A DNA stretch of 64,000 bases. It comes from a bacterium BMS3Bbin13. Its GTDB lineage: Bacteria > Pseudomonadota > Gammaproteobacteria > 21-64-14. The notes under the pieces were generated by a model. It worked only from the letters and a program-made list of their open reading frames with translations. It was not told the DNA's origin and did no database searches. Shown piece after piece: positions 28,573 through 36,418 of the stretch. Position 1 is the stretch's first letter. Each line of letters begins with the position of its first letter. The position numbers and the translations under genes are program-made. The DNA lies in assembly GCA_002897735.1 (NCBI GenBank), contig BDTW01000052.1, positions 634 through 64,633 on the forward strand. Reading direction: 5' to 3'.

Positions 28573-30066
28573 ATGCGGACGGTTCGTTGGTTTCGGTGGG
28601 CGGTGGTACTGCTGGCGGGGTCCGGCGCCGCGGCGGCCGCGGCGCCTCCTCCCGCGCTCCCCGCATTGCACCGGCTCCAGGCGCGGCTCGGCGTCGCCAC
28701 GAGCGCGCTGGTCGTGCGACTCGACGAGCATCGGACGCTGGCGGCGATCGATCCGAAAACGCGACTGATCCCGGCATCGCTCACCAAGCTCTATACGGCC
28801 GCGGCGGCGCTGCATCGTTGGGGCCCCGACCATCGTTTCGTGACGCGCCTGGCATACCGGGGCCGGATCGCGGCCGGCGTGCTGCACGGTGATCTCGTGT
28901 TCGTCGGCGCCGGCGATCCCGGGCTGACGTGGGATTCGCTCTGGGAACTGGCGGCGGGTGCCGCCGCCCAGGCGGGGTTGCGCCGTGTCCGGGGCGACCT
29001 CGTGGTCGACCAGTCGCGGCTCGGCGCGGTCCCGTGCGCCACCTCGGACCGCTGTCGTGCGCTGCACGGTTCCGATCACGCCTACAACGCACCGCTCTCC
29101 TCGGCGGGCGTGAACTACGGGGCGTGGTGCGTCTGGGTCCGTCCGGCGCCGGCCGCGGGACACCGGGCCGCGGCCGGCCTCTGTCCGCCGGTGGTCCCGG
29201 GTACCGCATTGGTCGGGGGGGTGCGCACCACCGCACGCGGATACGGTGCGCACGTGGAGTTGTGGCGGACCACCGAGGCCGGCGTGGATACCCTGCACAT
29301 CGGCGGTGCCGTGTCCGCGGCCCTGCCTACGGGTCGCTACTACGTCTCGGCCTCCGATCCGGCGCGCCTGACCGGCGTGCTCCTGCGCTCGCTGCTGGCC
29401 GCCCGGGGCGTCCGCGTCGACGGCCGCGTCCGGGTGGTCTCCCATCCGCTCGCGAATCTCGAGCCGCTGGTCGCCGTGAAGGGTCCGACGCTCGGACACG
29501 AGATCAGCGTGATGATGCACTACAGCAACGACTACATGGCCGATGTCCTGGCCCTGGACTTGGTGCGCGAGCGGGCGGGGGACGCCGATCCGCCGCTGCT
29601 GGCGGATGCCGGCGCGGCCCTCGGGCGTTTCGCCGCCGCGATGGACCGCGCCGCGCGGATTCCGGGCGCCGCGCCGCGCGGGACGCCGGTGATCGCCAGC
29701 GGCAGCGGGCTCACACCGGCGAACCGGCTGTCGGCGGACGACGTGGTGGCGCTGCTCACGCGCATGTACCACAGCCCGGCCCTGTTCCCGTCGTATCTGG
29801 CCGCACTGTCGGTCCCGCGCGGGGCGCCGATGCGCATGCTCCGCGGCGGAAATCGGGTCTGGCTGACGCAGACCGCGGTCAAGACCGGGTCCATGAACGA
29901 GCCGGTGTCGGTGCTCGGCGTGGCCGGTTACTTCCGCACCCGCGACGGCGGATGGGGTGCCTTCGCCGTGCTCGTCAACGGCACCCGGCGGCGACCCCAC
30001 TTCGCCTGGTACCAGGCCATGGCGGCCATCGAGCACGACATCGCGCGTTTGGCCGCGGCTCGTTGA
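28573..30066 (+). CDS. dacB: D-Ala-D-Ala carboxypeptidase/endopeptidase (PBP4, peptidase S13)
   Basis: Signal peptide, PASLTK (SxxK), GAGDPGL, SGSGLTPANR and KTGS. Confidence 0.88.
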   Translation: MRTVRWFRWAVVLLAGSGAAAAAAPPPALPALHRLQARLGVATSALVVRLDEHRTLAAIDPKTRLIPASLTKLYTAAAALHRWGPDHRFVTRLAYRGRIAAGVLHGDLVFVGAGDPGLTWDSLWELAAGAAAQAGLRRVRGDLVVDQSRLGAVPCATSDRCRALHGSDHAYNAPLSSAGVNYGAWCVWVRPAPAAGHRAAAGLCPPVVPGTALVGGVRTTARGYGAHVELWRTTEAGVDTLHIGGAVSAALPTGRYYVSASDPARLTGVLLRSLLAARGVRVDGRVRVVSHPLANLEPLVAVKGPTLGHEISVMMHYSNDYMADVLALDLVRERAGDADPPLLADAGAALGRFAAAMDRAARIPGAAPRGTPVIASGSGLTPANRLSADDVVALLTRMYHSPALFPSYLAALSVPRGAPMRMLRGGNRVWLTQTAVKTGSMNEPVSVLGVAGYFRTRDGGWGAFAVLVNGTRRRPHFAWYQAMAAIEHDIARLAAAR

Positions 30067-30437
30067 AAACCGGACCACGCGCGCACCGCGTCACCGGGCC
30101 GGCGACCCCCGTGGCCCACGGTCAAGGTTCAGACGCGATCCGGTGTGCCGAGGGGAAGCGGTAAGGCGCCGGCGAGCCGGGCGCCGAGAACGGATTTCGC
30201 GCACGGCGCCGGGGCGTAACGCGACACCGGGGGCTCCCCGCACCCGCAACGACGACCGGCCGCAGCGCAAACGATGATCTTGGCGGCGCGGCCTGGCTTT
30301 GCCTGGATCGGGGCGCGCGGCCGGGTTATACTGCGCGGTCCGTTGGCTCAAGGCCGCCGCACCGCGGTCGATGCCGATTTCACCCCTTACCTGATCATCG
30401 CCGCGCCCCATCCGGCATGGGCGCGCCCGGAGTCCTC

Positions 30438-30995
30438 ATGGCCCGTATTCTTGCGCGCCTGCTGTTGGCGCTTGGGGCGCTGCTCAGCGCGAACGCCCTC
30501 GCCACCGCTCACGTTTCACCGCCGTCCGGCACCGAAGTCCTGCCCCTGGCTGGGATCACCAACGATCGCGATGCCGGCCTCAGCCGCCTCGCCCTCATCG
30601 TGAATGCCCGGGATGCGGTGCGCGCGATCGCCGTCGAAACGCGCCATGCAGCGGGTGACGGGGCGGACAAGGTCACGCGGCGCGTCTATCCATTGCGGCG
30701 GATCGAAAGCCGTCGGGGCGTAGTCCTCGGACGGGGGCGGGGGGTCGATGCGATCCTGCTCCGCGGGCGCATCGATTCGCGCACCGGGCGTGGTGTGCTG
30801 ATGATCCGCTACCTCGCCAACGGCTTGCTCATGAATTACCACGAATGCCGGATCGAGCTCGACCGCGTGGGCCGGCGCGGGTGGCGGCTGGTGAACGCCT
30901 ACAACGGGCGGCCGATCCACATGATCCGGGTGAAGACCTGGATGCTCGGCATCGCCACGCTGGAGAACGTCTGCCCGGGCACCGTCCGGAATTGA
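30438..30995 (+). CDS. Hypothetical exported protein
   Basis: GGAG RBS and Sec signal peptide (ANALA). Beta-rich, two Cys. Confidence 0.65.
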   Translation: MARILARLLLALGALLSANALATAHVSPPSGTEVLPLAGITNDRDAGLSRLALIVNARDAVRAIAVETRHAAGDGADKVTRRVYPLRRIESRRGVVLGRGRGVDAILLRGRIDSRTGRGVLMIRYLANGLLMNYHECRIELDRVGRRGWRLVNAYNGRPIHMIRVKTWMLGIATLENVCPGTVRN

Positions 30996-31004
30996 CGCAG
31001 GCGC

Positions 31005-31145
31005 TCAGAGAAGCACGGTCCCGGCGAGTCCCGCCATCACCAGAAGCAGAGAGGCGGCCTCGACCGCGCCGCCTCGTGCCGCATAGCCGACCGTGTAGCC
31101 AACAATGACCAGCCACGCTGCGCTACGTCTGTAGACCGATCGCAT
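31005..31145 (-). CDS. Putative 46-aa small membrane protein (not in the ORF track)
   Basis: Hand translation gives MRSVYRRSAAWLVIVGYTVGYAARGGAVEAASLLLVMAGLAGTVLL*. GAGG lies 8 nt upstream of the ATG. Basic N-terminus and two hydrophobic stretches. Confidence 0.45.
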   Translation of the reverse strand: MRSVYRRSAAWLVIVGYTVGYAARGGAVEAASLLLVMAGLAGTVLL

Positions 31146-31163
31146 TGCGAACGCCTCGAAACC

Positions 31164-31254
31164 GGGGACAGACCACGGTTTCCGGTCCTCAATCAGTCAG
31201 TCGCCGCGGCCGCCCCGCCTTTCCGGGAGCGACGGGAAACCGTGGTCTGTCCCC
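31164..31254. repeat. 91-bp element with perfect 20-bp inverted repeats (REP/MITE-like)
   Basis: GGGGACAGACCACGGTTTCC (31164-31183) and GGAAACCGTGGTCTGTCCCC (31235-31254). Confidence 0.85.
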
Positions 31255-31259
31255 TAAAT

Positions 31260-31336
31260 TGGTGCGCCCGACAGGATTCGAACCTGTGACCTTCGGCTTC
31301 GGAGGCCGACACTCTATCCAACTGAGCTACGGGCGC
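31260..31336 (-). tRNA. tRNA-Arg(CCG)
   Basis: Reverse complement GCGCCCGTAGCTCAGTTGGATAGAGTGTCGGCCTCCGAAGCCGAAGGTCACAGGTTCGAATCCTGTCGGGCGCACCA folds as a cloverleaf. Anticodon CCG, T-loop TTCGAAT, encoded CCA. Confidence 0.97.
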
Positions 31337-31381
31337 GGGACGCTAGAGGATACCCCGACGTCGGTGTCAGCGTCCAGGTCA

Positions 31382-31596
31382 GGGGTCAGGCTTGACTTAT
31401 GGGTATTCGCTGTTCTGGAACCGGAAGGCTCGGCGCTGGCCGATTTGGCTCCGCACTTGGGACGGGAACGGTCCGGGCTCGGTCAAGACGCTGACCGTTG
31501 CATCAGTTGGCAACCGGGGGCGCCCGGGATCGAAGAACGGCTTGATAGCAGAGTAGAGGGAGCCTTTGCGAATACCCATAAGTCAAGCCTGACCCC
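31382..31596. mobile_element. 215-bp MITE-like element with perfect 29-bp terminal inverted repeats
   Basis: GGGGTCAGGCTTGACTTATGGGTATTCGC (31382-31410) and its exact reverse complement at 31568-31596. A related copy of the end lies at 41957-41984. Confidence 0.75.
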
Positions 31597-33100
31597 GCGG
31601 TGGGGCGCGGTCGAGGCGCCGGTAGCCGATGGCCTCGGTGAGATGGGTGGTGCGGATCTCGGCGTCGCCCGTCAGGTCGGCGATGGTGCGCGCCACCTTG
31701 AGCACGCGGTGGTAGGCGCGCGCGGACAGGCCCAGGTACTCGATCGCCCGGCTGAGCAGCTGCCGGTCCTCCGGCTGCAGCGCGCACCATCGGTCGACCT
31801 CCGGGTTTCGCAGCGCCGCGTTCGGCTTGCCGGTACGTGTCAATTGCCGGGCGCGGGCCCGGCTCACGCGCTGGCGCACCGCCGCGGACGACTCGCCGTC
31901 CGGTGGGCCCAGCAACTGGTCCTGCGCCAGGCGCGGCGCCTCCACGTGCAGGTCGATACGATCGAGCAGCGGGCCGGAGACGCGCGCGCGGTAGCGCTGC
32001 ACCTGCTCCGCCGTGCATCGGCAGCGACCGAGGGGGTCGCCCAGGTAGCCGCAGGGGCAGGGGTTCATCGCCGCGATCAGTTGAAAGCGCGCCGGGAAGT
32101 CCGCTTGGCGCGCCGCCCGCGAGATGGTGATGCGGCCCGATTCCAGGGGTTCGCGCAGTACCTCGAGTACGCGCCGGTCGAACTCCGGCAATTCGTCGAG
32201 GAACAATACGCCGTGGTGCGCCAGCGAGATCTCGCCCGGGCGCGGGTTGCTGCCGCCGCCGACCAGGGCCACGCCGGAGGCGGTGTGATGGGGTGCGCGG
32301 AACGGGCGCCGGCGCCAGGTGGCCGGCACGAAGCCCTGATGGCTCACCGATGCGATGGCCGCGCTCTCCAGGGCTTCGTTTTCCTCCATGGGCGGCAGGA
32401 TGCCCGGGAGGCGACTCGCCAGCATCGATTTGCCGGTACCCGGCGGGCCGATCAGCAGCAGGCTGTGCCCGCCGGCGGCGGCGACCTCCAAGGCCCGCTT
32501 GGCATGGTACTGGCCGCGCACTTCCGCCAGATCTTCCGTGCACGGGGCCTGATCGGCCCATGCCGGGCGCCGGTGCGGCGCGAGCGGGCGGGTACCGGCG
32601 AGGTGCGCGCAGACCTCCAGCAGGTGCCCGGCCCCGAGGACGGTCAGTCCCGAGGCCAGGGCCGCCTCCTCGGCGTTGGCGGTCGGCGTCATCAGTGTGC
32701 GGCCGGCGGCGCGCGTCTGGAGAGCGGACGGGAGTACCCCGCGCACACTGCGCAACTCGCCGGTCAGCGCCAGTTCCCCGAGGAATTCATAGTCGGCGAG
32801 CGGGGCGGAAGGGATCTGTCCCGAGGCGGCCAGGATCGCGACGGCGATCGCCAGATCGAATCGTCCCCCCTCCTTGGGCAGATCCGCAGGCGCCAGGTTG
32901 ATGGTGATCCGCCGTGCCGGAAACTCGAAGGCGCTGTTGACCACCGCGCCCCGTACCCGATCCTTGCTCTCGCGGACCGTGGTCTCGGGCAGTCCGACCA
33001 GCGTCAGGCCCGGCAGGCCGTTGCTGAGGTGCACCTCTACGGTGACGCCCGGGGCGCTCACGCCCTCCTGGGCACGGCTGTAGGCGACCGCTAGGGCCAT
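31583..33100 (-). CDS. comM: ComM/YifB Mg-chelatase-like AAA+ ATPase
   Basis: INLAPADLPKEGGRFDL, GPPGTGKS, PFRAPHH, GEISLAHHGVLFLDELPEF and AMNPCPCG. Confidence 0.93.
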   Translation of the reverse strand: MALAVAYSRAQEGVSAPGVTVEVHLSNGLPGLTLVGLPETTVRESKDRVRGAVVNSAFEFPARRITINLAPADLPKEGGRFDLAIAVAILAASGQIPSAPLADYEFLGELALTGELRSVRGVLPSALQTRAAGRTLMTPTANAEEAALASGLTVLGAGHLLEVCAHLAGTRPLAPHRRPAWADQAPCTEDLAEVRGQYHAKRALEVAAAGGHSLLLIGPPGTGKSMLASRLPGILPPMEENEALESAAIASVSHQGFVPATWRRRPFRAPHHTASGVALVGGGSNPRPGEISLAHHGVLFLDELPEFDRRVLEVLREPLESGRITISRAARQADFPARFQLIAAMNPCPCGYLGDPLGRCRCTAEQVQRYRARVSGPLLDRIDLHVEAPRLAQDQLLGPPDGESSAAVRQRVSRARARQLTRTGKPNAALRNPEVDRWCALQPEDRQLLSRAIEYLGLSARAYHRVLKVARTIADLTGDAEIRTTHLTEAIGYRRLDRAPPRGQA

Positions 33101-33151
33101 CGGCTTCCCTTCCCGGTTTTCAGGGGCGTGCCTCCGGCGTCGCCCGGCGGT

Positions 33152-33409
33152 TTACCCCGGCGGGGGTTCCTGTCCCCGCCGTTCCAGCTCGGCGACCCGC
33201 GCCTCCAGCGCCTCGAGCTTCTCCCGCGTACGCGCCAGGACGTCCGACTGGACGTCGAATTCCTGCCGGGGCACCAAGTCCAGGCGCGCGAAGGCGGCCT
33301 GCAGGCCCGCACGCAGGTTCTTCTGCAGATCTTCCTGAAATCCGCGCACCGCGGGGGGCACCGCTTCCGCGAGCCGGCGGGCCAGGTCGTCGAGGGTCTT
33401 GGGGTCCAT
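33152..33409 (-). CDS. ubiK: Ubiquinone biosynthesis accessory factor UbiK (YqiC/BMFP)
   Basis: LDLVPRQEFDVQSDVLARTREKLEALEARVAELE. Usual position between comM and glnK. Confidence 0.9.
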   Translation of the reverse strand: MDPKTLDDLARRLAEAVPPAVRGFQEDLQKNLRAGLQAAFARLDLVPRQEFDVQSDVLARTREKLEALEARVAELERRGQEPPPG

Positions 33410-33490
33410 ATCGATCGCTTCCGCTGGAACTTCAGCATCCTAGTGTACGCCAAGGTGCGCGGAGCTGTCCCGCCGCTCGGCGACGCAGCG

Positions 33491-33539
33491 CGCACCATTT
33501 TTGTGCGCGCCGTCGTGCAGGCCGCCCCATGGCGGTGCC
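33491..33539. promoter_or_regulatory. Tandem NtrC-type enhancer sites
   Basis: CGCACCA-TTT-TTGTGCG (33491-33507) and CGCCCCA-TGG-CGGTGCC (33523-33539), 32 bp apart. An IHF-like CAACCCATTGTTA follows at 33571-33583. Confidence 0.7.
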
Positions 33540-33601
33540 TCCCACTGCGGGCCGATATCCTGAAGTATTGCAACCCATTGTTATTGTGCGCGAACTACGG
33601 C

Positions 33602-33617
33602 TGGCACGGGATCTGCA
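33602..33617 (+). promoter_or_regulatory. Sigma54 promoter of the porin-glnK-amtB operon
   Basis: TGGCACGGGATCTGCA with GG-N10-GC spacing. Confidence 0.85.
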
Positions 33618-33709
33618 AAGCAAGGCCCACGTGCCGCGCTGTGTGCGGCCGCACCGCCTGATGAAATTCCCGGGCGTGGAATCCAACGATCGTGTAGGGG
33701 GACCAGCTT

Positions 33710-34468
33710 ATGATGCGCATTGCCCGAACCTGTTCCACTCTGGCTGCGGCTGCCGGCCTGCTCGTCGCGGTGTCCGCCCACGCTGATCTCACGGCCAATA
33801 CCGGCGCGACCTCCGACTATGTCTGGCGGGGTACGACCCAGACCGAAAGCGGTGCCGCCATTTCCGGGGGTATCGACTATTCCCACTCCTCCGGCTTCTA
33901 CGTAGGAACCTGGACCTCCAACGTGTCGTTCCCGTCGAGTTCGACGGCGAGCGGGGCGTGCACCGCTTCTCTCAACTGCACTGCGACGGTCACGGTTCCA
34001 TCATCGATCAAGGCGCAGGAAGTCGACCTATACGGCGGCTTCAGCAAGACCTTCAAAGGCGTCGGTATCGATCTCGGCGTTATCAAGTACCTCTACCCGC
34101 AGAGTGCCGGTCTGAACTGGACGGAATTTTCCGCGGGGCTGAGCTACGGTCCGTTCAGTGCGGCGGGGCATTTCACCAACGACGTCTTCGGGTCCCGCAC
34201 CAACGCCCAATACTACGAGGTCGCGGTCAGCTATCCGCTGCCGCTCGGCAAGGGCCTGACGGTGGGCGCGCACATCGGGCGCTACCACTTCGACAATCCC
34301 ACGGCGGCGACCTTCGACAGCTACACCGACTTCAACGCCAGCCTGACCAAGAGCGTGGGCAATCTCGGCGACTTTGCGATCACCGTCAGCGACACGACCC
34401 TGAACAGCAGCTCCGTCGACGGAAAGCCCAAGCTGTTCGTCAACTGGACCAAGAGCTTCGATCTCTGA
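33710..34468 (+). CDS. TorF/Gcw_chp family putative porin
   Basis: Signal peptide (AHA-D), TSDYVWRGTTQT, ISGGIDY, GFYVGTWTSNV and EVDLYGGF. Confidence 0.85.
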   Translation: MMRIARTCSTLAAAAGLLVAVSAHADLTANTGATSDYVWRGTTQTESGAAISGGIDYSHSSGFYVGTWTSNVSFPSSSTASGACTASLNCTATVTVPSSIKAQEVDLYGGFSKTFKGVGIDLGVIKYLYPQSAGLNWTEFSAGLSYGPFSAAGHFTNDVFGSRTNAQYYEVAVSYPLPLGKGLTVGAHIGRYHFDNPTAATFDSYTDFNASLTKSVGNLGDFAITVSDTTLNSSSVDGKPKLFVNWTKSFDL

Positions 34469-34858
<390 letters not shown>

Positions 34859-34880
34859 GACCTGGGGGAGGAGTTCGATC

Positions 34881-36188
34881 ATGAAAATACGTAAGTACGC
34901 GGGCATCGGTGGCGCCTTCGCCGCAGTGGCTCTGCTGTTGCCGGCCCTCGCGCTGGCGGGCACCACCAAGCTCAATACGGGTGATACCGCCTGGATGCTC
35001 ACTTCCACCGCCCTGGTGTTGTTCATGACCATCCCGGGGCTGTCGCTGTTCTACGCGGGCATGGTTCGCACCAAGAACGCCATGTCGGTGATGATGCAGT
35101 GCTTCGCCATCACCTGTCTGGTGACTCTGCTGTGGGTGATATACGTCTATGGTCTCGCCTTCGGAAACGGCGGCTCCATGCAGCAGTGGATCGGCGGATT
35201 CGGCAAGGCGTTCATGGCGGGCGTCGGGCGCAACACGCTGAGCGGGACCATCCCCGAGACGGTGTTCTTGATGTTCCAGCTCACCTTCGCCATCATCACG
35301 CCGGCGCTGATGGTCGGTGCCTTCGCCGAGCGCATGAAGTTCTCCGCGATGCTCTGGTTCATAGGGTTGTGGCTGACCTTCGTCTACGCGCCTATCGCAC
35401 ACTGGGTGTGGGGCGGCGGCTGGCTGGGCAATCTCGGTGCGCTGGACTTCGCCGGCGGTACGGTGGTGCATATCAATGCCGGTATCGCCGGCCTGATGGC
35501 GGCGCTGGTCATGGGCAAGCGCAAGGGCTACCCGGGTACCGCGATGCCGCCTCACAGCCTGATGTTGACCGTGATCGGGGCCGGCATGCTGTGGGTGGGT
35601 TGGTTCGGCTTCAACGCCGGGAGCGAACTGGCCGCCGACGGCACCGCGGGCATGGCCATGGTCGTCACCCAGATCGCCACCGCCGCCGCGGCGCTCACCT
35701 GGATGTTCAGCGAGTGGCTCGCCCACGGCAAGCCGAGCGTATTGGGCATCGTCTCCGGTGCGGTGGCGGGGCTTGTCGCCATCACCCCGGCGTCGGGCTT
35801 CGTCGGTCCCATGGGCGCCATCGCCATCGGCTTCGCCGCCGGGCTGGTGTGCTACCTGGCCGTTGCCAAACTCAAGCCGGTTATGGGCTATGACGACGCG
35901 CTCGATGCCTTCGGGGTGCACGCCATCGGCGGCGCGATCGGCGCCATCCTCACCGGCGTGTTCGTAGTCAAGGGGCTGGGTGGGGCCGGTCTGGCCGAGG
36001 GCATGACGATGGGCAGTCAGGTCGGGATTCAGGCCGTCGCGGTGATCTCGACAGTGGTCTACGACGCCATCGTCAGCCTCATCCTGCTCAAGATCGTCGA
36101 TGTCTTCATCGGTCTGCGCGTGTCCGAGGAGGCCGAGACGGATGGGCTGGATATCGCGCTGCATGATGAGCGCGGCTACAACCTCTGA
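34881..36188 (+). CDS. amtB: Ammonium transporter
   Basis: GDTAWML, FQLTFAIITPAL, DFAGGTVVH, WFGFNAGS and DDALDAFGVH. Confidence 0.97.
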   Translation: MKIRKYAGIGGAFAAVALLLPALALAGTTKLNTGDTAWMLTSTALVLFMTIPGLSLFYAGMVRTKNAMSVMMQCFAITCLVTLLWVIYVYGLAFGNGGSMQQWIGGFGKAFMAGVGRNTLSGTIPETVFLMFQLTFAIITPALMVGAFAERMKFSAMLWFIGLWLTFVYAPIAHWVWGGGWLGNLGALDFAGGTVVHINAGIAGLMAALVMGKRKGYPGTAMPPHSLMLTVIGAGMLWVGWFGFNAGSELAADGTAGMAMVVTQIATAAAALTWMFSEWLAHGKPSVLGIVSGAVAGLVAITPASGFVGPMGAIAIGFAAGLVCYLAVAKLKPVMGYDDALDAFGVHAIGGAIGAILTGVFVVKGLGGAGLAEGMTMGSQVGIQAVAVISTVVYDAIVSLILLKIVDVFIGLRVSEEAETDGLDIALHDERGYNL

Positions 36189-36214
36189 TCCCGGGCGTAT
36201 GCCCTCTCTCCCTG

Positions 36215-36240
36215 CGGGCGCTTCGGCGCCCGTTTTTTTT
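36215..36240 (+). terminator. Rho-independent terminator after amtB
   Basis: CGGGCGC-TTCG-GCGCCCG followed by T8. Confidence 0.9.
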
Positions 36241-36418
36241 GCGTGCATTCTTCCTGTGTGTTTAAACTCGCGTTGGCGGTACGTGTAACTTTGACTATAA
36301 TGAGGTAGCTTTCGGTGGTCGGTTTGCACCGAAATTTTGTGTACGCGCGTCCGTGAAGGTCGGTCGCACACCTGGATGTATGTGGCGGTCCAGAGGGGGC
36401 GCACCGGATCTGGAGTCC

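Noticed and set aside
31260..31336. tRNA-Arg as attachment site of a genomic island or prophage
   Set aside because: No integrase and no duplicated tRNA 3' end were seen in the window.
36300..36418. Possible c-di-GMP riboswitch (GCAAACC..GAAA on the minus strand; GTGAA..CCTGG on the plus strand)
   Set aside because: Lacks the required conserved stems and pseudoknot by eye, and the class I-like words are on the wrong strand. Kept only as a low-interest structured leader.
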